A stretch of DNA of 62,134 bases, filler included, from Squatina squatina (GCA_031763465.1; 3 parts of 3 records of this genome joined end to end with filler, not necessarily neighbours in it); one strand, 5' to 3'; counted from the first letter of the whole stretch, positions 26,495 through 39,725 are shown. Made by a program: numbers and translations. The notes: generated from the letters alone by a model not told the origin.

Positions 26495-28310
26495 GCTTCG
26501 CATCCGGAGTAGTATTGAGCCCAGCACACGAGGTAGGAAGGTCGCAGGCTCCAGATTCGAACGTTGCCCAGTGAGCTACCATGTCGCACCCAGCGTGGTA
26601 CTGAGCACCACACATGGAGCTGTAGGATCCCAGGGCTGCCCTCTGTCACCCGGTGAGGTACCACACTGAGCAGGATCATCCCAGGCTGCATTTTCGGACT
26701 GTCCCCGCTCTGCTGCTCGCTCTCAGCTGGTGCAATACTGAGCCTCACACACGGTGCTGGAAGATCCCAGATTCCATGCCGGGCCTGTGCACAATGAGCT
26801 GCCATCTCTCAACTAGGGTGGGACAGAGCTACACACACAGCGCAGGCTATTCCCAGGCTCCAGTTAGCTGCCCTCTCTCACCCAGTATGTTGCTGAGCAC
26901 GAAATGGAGAAGGAAGACACGAGGCTTCAAATGTGGCCGGTGCCCCGTGAGCGGCCCTCCCTCACATGGTGCGATACTGAGCCCCACACATGGGACAGGA
27001 AGATCCCAGGCTCCAAGCCCGGCCTGTGCCCAGTGAAATTTCCTCACTTACGCCGTGTGGTACCGAGTCGGAATTTCCCAAGGGTCCATGCCCCACATGC
27101 ATCCAGTGGGAAGTCCTCAACCAGGGTGGTACTGAGCCCTACACTCAGAGAGCAGGAAGATCCCAAGTTCCGTGGCCAACCTTGTGCCCAGTGAGATGCA
27201 CGCAGTCACCTCGTGTTGCTCTGAGCCTCACAGACAGGGGTGGAAGAACAAGTCTCTCCAGTGAGAAGACCTCACTCAGGGTGATACTGATGCCCCTCCC
27301 AAGCACCAAGCAGCAAGATCCCAGACTCCATACCCGGACTGTGCAGAGTGAGCCTCCCTCTCACACCTAGGGTGGTGCTGAAAACCACAAACATGGAGCA
27401 GGAAGATTCCACGCTGCAGGCCCGGTCTGTGTGAGCTGCTGTCTCTCGCCCACTGTGGATTCAGAGCCACACAAATGCCAGGATGATCCCAGGCTCCATG
27501 CCCGTTATGTGCCCATTTAGCTGCCCCCTCTCGCGCTTTGCAGTCATTAGCATGACACACAGAGCAGTAAAATCGCAGGTCCATATCCGGCCTGTGCCCT
27601 TTGACCTGTGCTCTCTCACCCACAGTGGTATTGAGCCCCACACACATAATAGGAAAATCCCAGGATCCATGTTTGATATAAACCCCATAAGCTGACCTCT
27701 CTCACTCAATGTGGTCCTGAACCTCACAACCCAGAGTGGGAAGATCCCAGGCTCCACCCCGGCCTATGCCCAGTGAACTGCCCTTGCTCACCCAGTGTGC
27801 TACTGAACCTCACACACAGAACAGGTTGATTCCAGTCTCCATTCCACGCCTTTGTCCAGTAAGATGCCCTCACTCAGGGAGATACTGAGCTCCGCACAGA
27901 GAGCAGCAAGATCCCAGGCACCATGCCCAGCCTGTGCTATTTTGTTCCCCTATCTCACCCGGTGTATTACTGAGCCTCACAAAGCAGAGTTGGATCCCAG
28001 GCCATATGTCACACTGAGCTGCCCTCACCCGGAGTTGTCTACAGCCCCACACGCAGGACAGGAGATGCCAGAATCCATGCATGTCCTTTGCCCAGTGATC
28101 TACCCACTCTCCTGGTTTGGTCCTGTGTCCCAGACGCAGAGCAGAAAAGCTCAGGATTCTTGCCCGAATTATGCCCAATGTGTTGCCTCTGCAAACCGTT
28201 GTGGCACTTAATTCCCTCACACTGTGCAGGCATATCACATACACCATTCACGGCCTGTGCCCGGTGGCCTGCCCTCACTGACCCGGTGTGGTACTGAGCT
28301 GCAGCCAGAG
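26495..28310 (+). repeat. Diverged ~83-bp satellite array 1 (about 22 monomers)
   Basis: Monomer approximately ctcacccagtgtggtactgagccccacacacagagcaggaagatcccaggctccatgcccggcctgtgcccagtgagctgccct; TACTGA anchors at 27801, 27883 and 27968. Confidence 0.85.
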
Positions 28311-28319
28311 AAGAAAGAT

Positions 28320-28740
28320 ACCAGGTGGTGTTCTGGAATCACAGGTCTGTGCACCAATCACATTCCTTCATTACATTCTAATTGGGAAAGAAATTTGTTT
28401 TTATTCTGCAGGAGACTCCGGGACCGCAACAGTGGGGTAATTGCAGAAACGCAACGATGAAGAGCTGAAGCAATTCCACCATTTTCTTTGTTGTTGATTC
28501 AGCAATTTCATACTATTATGGACTGTATTTCTCGTGTTTATTATAAGCGAACGGATGCGGCTTTTGGGGTATGAGTCTATTTCTTTACGTTATTTGGTGC
28601 AAGAACTGGGATTCATGCTCCAGCTCCTCTGTTGCTGCACAAACACTTTCATTTAAGCTCTTTCTCAGTCTGAGTTCAGAGAGCAGTTGAAGAATATGTT
28701 GAAATATCAGTTTAGGGTAATTGTAAAATACATTACGTGA
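28320..28740 (+). pseudogene. GPR139-like GPCR pseudogene, 3' part only
   Basis: Fragments NFILLWTVF and VQELGFMLQLLCCCTNTFI*ALSQSEFREQLKNMLKY align to the open copy at 48436-48932; stops, frameshifts and a deletion are present. Confidence 0.85.
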
Positions 28741-29479
28741 TGAGAGCAACTGAAGACTTTGCTGCATCAGAACTAAATTCTGCCTCATAATCTCACTGAC
28801 CGACTCTCCCCCTGCCGGCCCAGTGATGTAGGTTCATCGTAATGCACTCACTGACACACGCTGTACATCATAACCCGCTGTACATCATAACATCAGAGAC
28901 AAGCTGTGTGCATTAAAACATTCCCCCTTAGCTCAGGAATACTTACTCTCTGACAGAGATCACAGGTTAACATTAACTCACTCACTGAGACACCCTGTCT
29001 GTTCTATTAGACTGCCAATTGCTAACAGTAATCAGTAAAATACTGCCACGGACCCTTGGTTGAGAGAAACAACTTGTGAATAGTAATCCAGTCCCGTGTA
29101 ATATTAACTGGATCCCACATCACCCTGTGCACAATAGAACACCACCAGATATATTTTTTGTGCAATAGAATTCTCCCACTCATCCACAATATATATTAAT
29201 ACACATATAGAGACATACTGTTCTTAGTAACACAATGTTATAGTTTTCTTTGTGCAAACATCACTCACCCTATTGCCTCCCCTCTCTCTCCCTCGCTCAC
29301 AAACAAACACACACACAATTACTCTCTCACCTGGCCTGCCTCATCTCACTCTCCCATCTCTATGTCAATCTCATGCCTCACCTCTCTCTCCCGCTCTCTC
29401 TCTCTCTCTCACACACACACTCACTCTCTCACCTTATCCTGCCTCAACTCACAATCTCATCTTTCTAACTCACACTCTC

Positions 29480-30070
29480 TTTCGAGATCCCGAACTTCCA
29501 GGCGCCTTTCACTTTAATTTTCCACTTCACTCCCACTCTGACCTTTCTGTCTTTGGCCTGTTGCACTGTTCCAGTAAAACTCAAGGCAAGCTCGAGGAAC
29601 AACACCTCATCTTTCGATTCGGCACTTTACAGCCTTCTGGACTTAACATTGAGTTCAAAGATTTCAGAGCACAATTTCTGCTCTATCAATATTTTCATTT
29701 TTTTTCTTTTCATCATTTTAAATCAGTTCTATTTTTCGTTTCCCTCTCATGGCTACTGCTGCCTTTTTCCCCGTGTTTACAACCCATCTAGATGTCATGT
29801 GTTTAGTAATTCTCCCATTAACACCTCTGACTGCTTTGCATCGTCCTTTAATCTCTTCTGCCTTCCACACAATCACACAATGATCTTGCCATTAGTTCTT
29901 CCCTCTCCACTCCCACCCACGCCCCCCAACCCCTTTGCCTGTCAGTGCTTTAAAACTTGCTGTATTCCCGGCTTTTTTCAGTCATGACGAAGGGTCATCG
30001 ACCCGAAACGTAAACTCTGTTTTTCTCTCCACAGATGCTGCCTGCGTTTTTCCAGCATTTTCTGTTTATA
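29480..30070 (+). mobile_element. Penelope-like element 3' end (GIY-YIG C-terminus plus hammerhead-bearing tail)
   Basis: HFNFPLHSHSDLSVFGLLHC...KLEEQHLIFRFGTLQPSGLNIEF; tail tgacgaagggtcatcgacccgaaacg...acagatgctgcc. Confidence 0.8.
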
Positions 30071-30374
30071 CTCTCTTTTGCACTCATGCTGTCAAATAAT
30101 CTTTATTAAGACTGACCGCCCTCACCTCTCTCTCTCTCTCTCTCTTCTCCCCTTTCATGCTTTAACTCACTACCTCTCTCCTGTACTGCCACTCTCTTGC
30201 CCTCCTTCATTCACTCACCTGGTCTGCCTCAGCTCTCTTTCTCTCTTCCTCAGGCTCTATCTCTCCTCTCCTGCCAGACCTCTCTCTTTTTCTTTCCGAT
30301 GAACTCTCCCGACTAGCCAGCCGCAAATGTGCCTTTCTCTTTCGCTCTCGCTCTTACTCACTCTCTCGACTGTC

Positions 30375-31925
30375 CTGTGCGGAATAAGGAAACTCCACGG
30401 GAATTAAACAGATACATTTTGTCTGTATTCACGGAAGAAGAAACAAAAACATCCCAGAAATACAAAAGAACCAAGGGTCTGGCCAGGATGAAAAGAGTAT
30501 CTGTAAAAAAATAGTACTTGAGATATTAATGGGACTGAAAGTCGATAAATCCTAAGCACCTGACGGTCCAGATCCCAGGGTTTTGTAACAGCTTCATACA
30601 GAGATAGTGGATGCATTATTTGCCATCTTCCAAAAAGTCACACTTAGAAAATAATAATATGATTGTGTGGAGTCCACATGGATTAATGAAAGGGAAATCA
30701 TGTTTGCCAAACCTAGTGGAGTTGTTTGAGGATGTATCGAGTGGAATAAATAGTGGATGTGGTGTATTTCGATTTTGAGAATGCTTTCGATAAGGTGCGA
30801 CACAGGATGCTGGTGAACAAATTTGGAGGACAGGAATTGTGGGTAATATACTGGCATTCATTGAGAATTGGTTAACAGAAAGAAAACAGAGAGCGTAACA
30901 AATGGGTCATTTCCAGGACGGCAGGGCGTGAGTGGTGGGGTACCACAGTGATCGGGGCTTGGGCCCAAGATATTCGCTATCTATATCAATGATTTGGATG
31001 GGGGGGGGGGAAATTTAATGTTTGCAAGTTTGCTGATGGCACAATATTGGCGGGAATGCCTGATGTGAGGAATATGCAAAGAGGTTTCAGTGTATATAGT
31101 CTGGCTATGCAAGTGTACACGTACATGGCAGATGACATATAATGTGGGAAGATGTGAAGTTATCCACTTTGGTAGGAAAAAAGGAAATACAAGCTGCTTG
31201 TTATATGGCGAGAGATTAGGAAATGTGGATGTTCAAAGGGACCTGGGTGTCCTTGTACATGAGTCACTTAAAACTGACATGCAGGTGCAGCAAGAATTGG
31301 GAAGGCGAATGTTATGTTGGACTTTATTACAAGAGGATTCGAGTATCGGAGTAAAGATGTCTTACTGCAATTATATAGCGACTTGGTGAGACCACACCTG
31401 GAGTATTGTGTACAGTTTTCATCTCCTTACCTGAGGAAGGATATACTAGCCTTAGAGTGAGTACAACGAAGGTTTACAGACTGATTCCCAGGATGGAGGG
31501 ATTATCGTATGAGGAGAGATTGAGTAGACTCGGCCTATATTCTATAGCCCTTCGAAGAATAGAAAATTCTTACAGGGCTCGACAGGGTCGATGCAGGGAG
31601 GATGTTTCCCCCTGGCTGGGGGGAGTCCTGAACCAGGGGTGTCACAGTCTCAGAATAAGGGGTCGCCCATTTAGGACTGAGATGAGAAATTTCTTCAGTC
31701 AGAGGGTGGTGAACCTTTGGAATTCTCTCCCCCAGAGGGTGGTGGAGGCTCAGTTACTATGTACATTCAAAACAGAGATCAATAGATTTCTAGATATCAA
31801 AGGCATCGATGGATATCGGGATAATGCAGGAAAATGGCGCTGATGTAGAATATCAGCCATGATCTCGTTGAATGGTGGACCAGGTCGAGCTAACGAATGG
31901 CCTCCTCCTGCTACTATTTCTGATG
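30375..31925 (+). mobile_element. CR1 LINE, RT region to 3' tail (degenerate)
   Basis: HGLMKGKSCLPNLVELFED, WQMTYNVGRCEVIHFG, RNFFSQRVVNLWNSLP; CR1 tail. Confidence 0.9.
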
Positions 31926-32077
31926 TTCTCTCTCTCTCTCTTCCTCTCTCACCTGGCCTGGCTGACCTCTCTCTTTTATCTCTCTCTCTCAATCACTCAC
32001 GCCTGGCCTGTCTCACAGCTCTCATTCTCTCACACACACTCACTCAATCTCTCAGCTGGCCTGCCTGAACCTTCTCT

Positions 32078-32126
<49 letters not shown>

Positions 32127-32500
32127 TCTCTCTCTGTCTCTATCTCTCTCTCTCTCTTTCATACTAACTCTCACGACTGGCCTGCCTCAAATCTCTCTTT
32201 CTCTTTCTCTCACTCACGCTCTCACCTGGTCTGCCTCATCTCTCTTTCTCTCTTCCTCTCACGCCTGGCCTGGCTGACCTCTCTCTTGTATCTCTCTCTC
32301 TCTCTCTCTCTCACTCACTCATTCACGCCTGGCCTGTCTCACATCTCTCCATCCCTCAAACACACTCACTCAATCTCTCACCTGGCCTGCCTGAACCTTC
32401 TCTCTCTTTCTCTCTCTCTCTGTGTCTCTCTCTCTCTCTCTCAAACGTTCAATATGTCACCTGTCCTGCCTCACAACTTATCTCTCTGTCACTCTCTAAA
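31926..32500. repeat. CT-rich compound microsatellite with recurring CACCTGGCCTG motif and an ~310-bp internal duplication
   Basis: cctggcctggctgacctctctctt at ~31952 and ~32264; related tracts at 29280-29480, 30110-30370 and 37200-37460. Confidence 0.8.
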
Positions 32501-33119
32501 GAGATCGTCATTGAGAGGGGAAACAAGGGATGGCCAATAAAGGCACATCCAAGAGACAAATTTTAAAATAAAAGTTTTTTGATTGATGGGCTTCCAGTAG
32601 CCATTGGGGCACTGCATTCTGCAGCGTTATATGACTCTATTCCCCACAACAACTCCAGCACTGCTTCCTGCATTATTATGCTTAAGGCCGCTGATCAACA
32701 TCATTCCCTTGTACACATTTCAGGAATATCTCGCTCCAGCCCAATATCGTCCTTTAACTGTTATTTAACAAGACCTAACTTGGAAAATTGAAATCTCTCT
32801 TGATCATGATGCCAAGGCTCTTTCATTTTCTTACACTGTTCTTGCATATTTTCTTCTCGCAATCCTTCCTAATCTCTGCTGGTCTGTATATACAGCAAGC
32901 AGCGTACAAGCTCCTCCATTGTTACTTCATTCTAACCGTATTGATTCAATCTTTGAACCCTTGAGTGTATCCTCCCTTTCATTATTTAATACTGTCACCA
33001 CACCACTCTTACTTTCCACCCCTACCTTTCCTGAATGCATCTCTGTCTGGAGTACTTGCTTAACTCACGTCTTCCTTCCTGACTCTGTGTCACAACCCCA
33101 TGTGACTACTTGTAACATC

Positions 33120-34035
33120 AACTTCATGAGGGGTCTGGGCAGAGCAGATGGAGAGAAACTCTTCCCATTGCCAGACAATTCGAGAATCAGAGCACAGAGA
33201 TTTAAGGGGATTGGCAAAAAAAAACAAAGGTGATGCAAGAAAATACTTATTTTATGCAACGTTTATTTGGGATATGGAATGCACTGCCTGAAAAGCAGGT
33301 GGAGGCAGACACAAACTTATCTTTCAAAAGAAAGGGCCGTGTGGCCGACTGCTGCGCCTATTTTCTATGTTCGATGTTCTAAGCCTGATTGTACGTTGGC
33401 CATCATATAGAGAGGATTTGACTCCAGAAGCAGGGATGCCTTGCTGCAACTGTACAGGGCCTTGGTGAGACCACACGTCGAGTATTGTCTGCAGTTTTGG
33501 TCTCCTTATCTGAGGAAGGATATTCTTACTATGGAGGGAGTGCAGCCAAGGTTCACCAGACTTATTCCTAGGCTGGCAGGACTGACGTGTGAAGAGAGAT
33601 TAGGAGATTTGGCTAATGTTTGTTAGAGTTTAGAAGAATGAGAGGGGACCTCATTGAAACCCATAAAATCCTGACGGGACTGGACAGAATACATGCAGCA
33701 TTGATGTTCCCGATTGCGGTGAATTCCAGAAATCAGGGGTCACAGCATAATGATATGGGGTAAGCCATTCAGGACTGAGATGAGGAGATATTTCTTCACC
33801 CAGAGAGTGGTCATCTTGTGGAATTCTCCCACAGAGATGGCGGTTGAATCCAGATGATTAAATATTTTCAAGAAGGAGTTAGATATAGTTCTTCTGGCTA
33901 AAGGGAGCAAGGGCAATGGGGAGAAGCAGGAAACGGGGACTGAACTTGGATAATCTTTCATGATCATATTGAATGGCGGAGTAGACTCGAAGGGACGAAT
34001 GGCCGACTCCTGCTCCTATTTTCTATGTTTCTATG
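33120..34035 (+). mobile_element. CR1 LINE 3' fragments
   Basis: LLQLYRALVRPHVEYCLQFWSPYLRKD; tail (ttctatgt)n at ~34020. Confidence 0.85.
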
Positions 34036-34039
34036 TGTC

Positions 34040-34425
34040 TCTGGTCACATATGACATCAATGTTGTGAACTGATTTGCGGAGTCTTAGATATTTGCTGGA
34101 TAGAGAGATTGAAGCTATGGAAAGGGAATGGAGTTCGTAGTATGAACGGAAGAGATTGGCATCGGCCTTTGAAATACTTAATTGGATGAAATTTCGACTC
34201 ATCCAGTGCTCGATGGTGGACAAGCAGCCTGATAGTATGCAAATGGTGGAGGGTTTGAGAGAGGTGGGGGAGAGAAACACTCAGCTGCAAGTTGCCGGAA
34301 GATGTCACCTAGGGGAAGTAATTAAATTGGAAATAATAGGGTGCAAAGCGTAGATCCTTGGATGAGATAAGCGACGATACTGTGGGATCAGGAGGAAAAG
34401 CCATTGTTGGTAATATTGTGGCACT
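34040..34425 (-). mobile_element. L2-type LINE RT fragment
   Basis: Minus strand LSGCLSTIEHWMSRNFIQLSISK resembles the L2 CLxDIxxWMxxNFLQLN motif. Confidence 0.6.
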
Positions 34426-34429
34426 CAAT

Positions 34430-36225
34430 ATGTGTGCTACTGAGCTCCGTATACAGTGCAGGGTCATTCCAGACTCCATGCCCGCACTCTGACCAGTGGG
34501 CTGCCTTCTCTCACACTGTGTGGTAATGAACGGCTTACGCAGAGCAGGAAGATCCCAGATTCAATACGCGGCCCATGGCCAGTGAGCCCGTCAGTGGTAC
34601 TGAGCCCTGAACAAGGGACAGTGAGATCTCAGGCTCCAAAACTGGCCTGTTCCCAGTGAGCTGCTGTCTTGTAACCGGTGCGATACTGAGCCCCATACAC
34701 GGTGCGGGAAGATCCCAAACTCCATGACCATCTTGTGCCCATTCGTAAACCCTCTCTCATTGGAGTGATACTGAGCGCCACACATGAGGCAGGAAATCCC
34801 AGCATCCATGCTTGGCATGTGCCCAGTGGACTGCCCTCAGCTGGAGTGTTCCTGAGCCCCAGTGACAGAGCAGGAATTTATCAGGCTCCATGCCCGGCCT
34901 GTGCCCACTAGGCCACACAATCTGACCAGGTGTGGTACTGATCCGTACACACAGAGAGCAGGAAAATCCGAAGCTCCATGCGTGGCCTGTGCCCAGTGAG
35001 ATCTCCCGCCCGCTTACTAGATGTGGTACGCAGCCACGCGCACTGGGTCGGAATTTCCCAGGGACCATGCCCCACATGAACCTTGTGTGATGCCCTCACC
35101 CATGTTTGTACTGCGCCCCACACATGGGGCGGGAGGATCCCAGGCACCATGTCCAGTGATATTCCCTCACTCAGGGTGTTCCTGAGCTCCACACGCACAG
35201 ATCAAAGGCTCGTTTCCCGGCCTGTGCCTGGTTGGCTGCTCTGTGTCAACCAGTGGGCTACTGAGACACCCACAGAGCAGGAATATTGCAGACTCCATAC
35301 CCGTCCTGTGCCGAGCGAGCTGCCCTCTCACATGCAGTGGTACTGAAGGCCAGCAGTCAGGAGAAGGGAGATCAGAAGCTCCAGGTCCGGCCTGTGACCA
35401 GAGAGCTGCCCTGTCTCACATGCAGTGTGGTAGTGACTCCCACAAACGGTGGAGGAGGATCGCAGAATCCAAGGCCTGGTCAGTGCACAGTGAACTGCCC
35501 TCTCCCATCCAGTGCGGCACTGTGCCCCGGACAGAGCAGTAAGATCCAAGTCGACAAGTAAAGATCTGCCCAGTGAGCTGCCCGCTCTCAGCCCGTGTGG
35601 TACTGAGCCGCACACGCGGGGAGTAAAGCCTCATTCTCCCTGCCCGACTTGTGCATAGTGTGCTGCCCTCTCTCACCCGGTGTGGTACCGAGCAGCACGC
35701 TTCGAGCAGGAAGCCCGCAGGCTCCATGACCACTCTGTTCTGAGCGAGCACGCCTCTCCCACCCGGTGTGTTGCACAGCCCGGCATTCGGAACAGGAAGA
35801 TCCTGAGCTCCCCACCCAGATGTCAGGATTATCCCAGGCTTATTCCAGGTCTGTTCCCAGTGTACCGCCCTTTCCCTCCCAATGTGGTACTGTGCATAAC
35901 TCACAGACCAGGTGGATCCCAGGCTCCATGCCCCACCTGTCTGCAGTGAGCACCACACACAGAGAGCAGGAAGATCCCAGGCACCATTCCTGACCTGAGC
36001 CAACTGGGTGCTTTTGCTTAACCAGTGAGTTACGGAGCCCCACACAGAGACGGCAGGAAGATTCCAGTTTCGATGTCTGGTCACTGCCCAGCGAGGTTCC
36101 CTATCTCACCCACTGTTGCACTGAGCACAACACAGAGCAGCAAGACCCCAGGATCCATGTCCGGCCTGTGCCCAGTGAGCTGCCCACACTCATCTGGTGT
36201 GGTAGTGAGCCACACACACGGCGAG
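34430..36225 (+). repeat. Diverged ~83-bp satellite array 2 (paralogous to array 1)
   Basis: Same monomer; anchors at 34598, 34684 and 34769; shares the diagnostic variant gtcggaatttccca...ccatgccccacatg (35047 vs 27067). Confidence 0.85.
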
Positions 36226-36234
36226 AACGAAAAG

Positions 36235-36694
36235 CGGCATTGTTCTGGAATCACAGTTCAAGGCAGCAATCGCATTCCTTCATTTCATGCTTAATGAGGG
36301 CCCCATTTGTTCTCATTCTGCTGCTCAATGCTTTAACCATCAGACACATGTTGGTCGCCACCAGATTCTGCAGCAGCCACCTGGCTCACAGCAGTGGGTT
36401 AATTCCTCGAGACCCAATGATGGGGAGCTGTAATAAATCCATCATTTTGTTGTCTCTTGGAATGACATACTGTTATGGACTCTGTTGCTCATGTTTCTTA
36501 TAAGCGAATGATTCAGGCTTTTGGTGTATGAGCCTGTATCTTGACTGTATTTTGTGCAAGAAAAAAGCTTCATGCTCCAGCTCCTGAGTTGCTGCAGAAA
36601 CACTTGTAGTTATGCGCTAACCAGTCTAAGCTGAGTGAGCAGTTGAAGAATATGGTTAAATATCACTACTTTATTTGCGAAATACATTAGGTGA
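36235..36694 (+). pseudogene. GPR139-like GPCR pseudogene, 3' part only
   Basis: APFVLILLLNALTIRHMLVATR...PRDPMMGSCNKSIILL and FMLQLLSCCRNTCSYALT; frameshifts and stops. Confidence 0.88.
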
Positions 36695-38504
36695 TTAGAA
36701 CAAGTCAAGACTTTGCAGCATCAGGCCTCAATTCTGCATCGTAGTCTCACCGGCACGCACTCCCCCGCTGGCCTAGTGATGCAGGTAATATTAACACATT
36801 AACTGACACAATGTGGACATCATAACCTGCCACCAGAAACATGCGGTGTACGTTAAAAAAGGCACCCACTGAGTTGAGGAATATTAACACTCTGACAGAG
36901 ACCACAGCTTGAGATGAGATCACTCACAGGGACACTCAGTCTGCACCAGTGAACTGCCACTTGGCTGACATCAACCAATAAAACACTCCCACGGATCCTT
37001 GGCTGATCGAACCCCCCGTAAATATTAACTCAGTCCCCGTGTAATATTAACTGAATCACAGGACACTCTGCACACAACAGAACACCATCAGATGCCACCT
37101 ATGTGCAATAAAATTCTCCCACTAATTCAAAATAAATATGAGCACACAAATAGAGAAAAATTGTTCTTATTAACACTCTGTTTTGTGTTCATTTGGGCAA
37201 ACGTCTCTCTCTCTTGCCTCCCCTTCCTCTCCCTCGCTCTCTCTCACACACACACACTGAGCCTCACCTCACACTCTCATCTCTCTAACTCACGCTCTCT
37301 TTCACACGCATGTTCTCAAATAATCTTTGCTTTGCTGAGACTGGCCGGCCTCACCACTCACTCTCTCTCTCTCTCTCTTTCTTCCTCACTCATCCTCTCA
37401 ATCACTGCCTCTCTCCTGCCTTGCCTCACCTCACCCACTCTCTGGGTCTCTTTCACTCTCACGGGCCACGGGCTGTGGGGACACGGGCCACAGCTCATTT
37501 AATCTGGCGCAAGTGTCCGATTGCGGCTGGGCTGGGCTGGGCTGAATCACAGCATTAACAGTTAAGCCAGGCAGTGAACAGGGGCTGAGAGACTTTTATA
37601 TGGTGACCTGAGAGGCTGTGAGCAGTGAACTGGGGGCTGTGAACATTGACTGCGTGATGTTATGTCTCTGCTGTGAACTGACTCAACTGAGCACTCAGGA
37701 AGGCTATTTGTGAGACACATGCATCTGAAAGCTTTTAACTGGCCTATAGTGATATAGAAGTATTTGAAAGATATTAACTGGCCTAAGTAGTTCGAAGAAA
37801 TTAAGTCACTGACCTCTTAAGTGGCATGTCAGGTTGCAATTAAACTCTGGCATTCAGGTTGGAAGCAAACTGTGGAATTTGCATCCGCACCATGAATAGG
37901 TCAGTTCACTATGGACCCTATACCGCTAAATTTTGCACGGGTTTGAACGCTCAACTTGTAAAGTGACGAATTGGGGGCTTCACTGAAAATTTTCAAACAG
38001 TCCCATTTCCAGTGCGACATTCAGCACTTAGCGCGAGAACCTTTAAAAACCGGAAATTGGCCGCCCTTTGTGATGTCTTCACGGAAGAAGATGCAAAAAA
38101 CCTCCCAGCAGTACTAAAAGCTTTGGCGAGGTTGAGGGATTGAATGAAATTATTATCAGTAAAAAATAGTACTAGAGAAATTACGGGCACTGAAAGTCGA
38201 AAAATCCCAAGGACCTGATGATCTCCATTCCAGGGTTATGAATGAGATGGCTGTAAAGATAAATATAGTATAGTCATCTTCCAAGACACTGTAGATTCTG
38301 GAACGGTTCCTGCAGTTTTGAGGGTTGCAAATATAAACCCCACTATTAAAGAAAGGAGGGAGATAGGAAACAGGGAACTGAAGNNNNNNNNNNNNNNNNN
38401 NNNNNNNNNNNNNNNNNNNNNNNNNNNNNNNNNNNNNNNNNNNNNNNNNNNNNNNNNNNNNNNNNNNNNNNNNNNNNNNNNNNCACCCGTGGGGAGCGCA
38501 GGAC

Positions 38505-38760
38505 AGGTGAGGGGAGGTTTGGAGAGGGGAGGGTAGGAGCAGAGGAGAAGGGAGGAAAGGAGGAGAGGAGAGGGGAGGATAGGAGAGGAGGAGGGGAGAC
38601 GAGAAGGAAGGGGAGGAGTAGAGGAGAGGGGGAGGGGAGGATAGCCGAGGAAAGGAGAGGAGAGAAGAGGGGAGGATAGGAGAGGAGAGTGGAGGGGAGG
38701 AGAGGAGAGGGGAGGGAAGGAGTGGAGAGGAGAGGAGAGGAGAGGAGAGAGGGTAGCGGG
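38505..38760. repeat. Polypurine (GGAGA-type) low-complexity tract
   Basis: About 250 bp almost entirely A/G on the plus strand. Confidence 0.9.
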
Positions 38761-39725
38761 CAAGACCAAACACCCAGCACCTGTAACATTTGCAAGACTG
38801 AGAGGTTATCAGTGGTGAGTGTTCCAATTTATAGCCAAAGAACTTGTTTAATTTTCTTGAAAATATGTTATTGTATTCTTCAGAAGCTGAAATAATGAAA
38901 GAGATCTTGTAAAAATTGTATTTCTATGGTTTCCTGGAATCCAGACTCTCAGTCCCCAGGGCTAAAGAGTGGAAAGTTAGGCAGGCTTCCTACTTCTGAT
39001 TACAATTCAGTCACTCCTGCTGAAAAGTGCATGTTGGGTGGGAAAGGATCATTGTCATGCCCCCACCATTGAATAGCCAGACAACACTGATTGGCCACTT
39101 GGGTGACGCAACAGAGGGCTTCATGTGCCTGTACAATAAGAGCCCAGAATGAATCAGGCATTGAACAGTGGAAGGGGAAAAATGAGGAGGTGTGTGAGCT
39201 GCGTTGAAAAATCACTTACAATTAATACTTTTTATTCAGTGCAAGAAATTATATGTAGCCAACACAATTATTTCTTTCAATATATACAAAAAATGCTACA
39301 AGGTCAGCTCACTGTGTTTTCTTCTTGAGGTGATGATATAACCGAGGACAGAAAGTTCCTGTTAGAAACATTTCCACACTCACCAGGATCTCTTATTGCA
39401 GAGGTTTCTTCCATTTCTTTATTCAATTGTTCTAGCAATATTGTCATACCTAGCACAGGCAGCACAATGTAACAGAAACTTTCTGCTCCAGTTGCATTAT
39501 CGATTCCTAACAAGCTGTGTAATCACTGCCTTCCATTTATATAGCTGTGACTGGGCTGCATGTAGTATCCAGGGTCGTTTTTATGTTCTTCTTCAAAAAT
39601 AATAATTTGAAATTGGCCACAATAANNNNNNNNNNNNNNNNNNNNNNNNNNNNNNNNNNNNNNNNNNNNNNNNNNNNNNNNNNNNNNNNNNNNNNNNNNN
39701 NNNNNNNNNNNNNNNNNNNNNNNNN

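Noticed and set aside
31872-32540. 222-aa Leu/Ser-rich ORF, and similar ORFs at 38156-38827 and 39730-40287
   Set aside because: Translations of microsatellite or minisatellite DNA.
39304-39513. Minus-strand segment with a strong donor-like cctg|gtgagt
   Set aside because: No clear acceptor or frame, and no recognisable protein.
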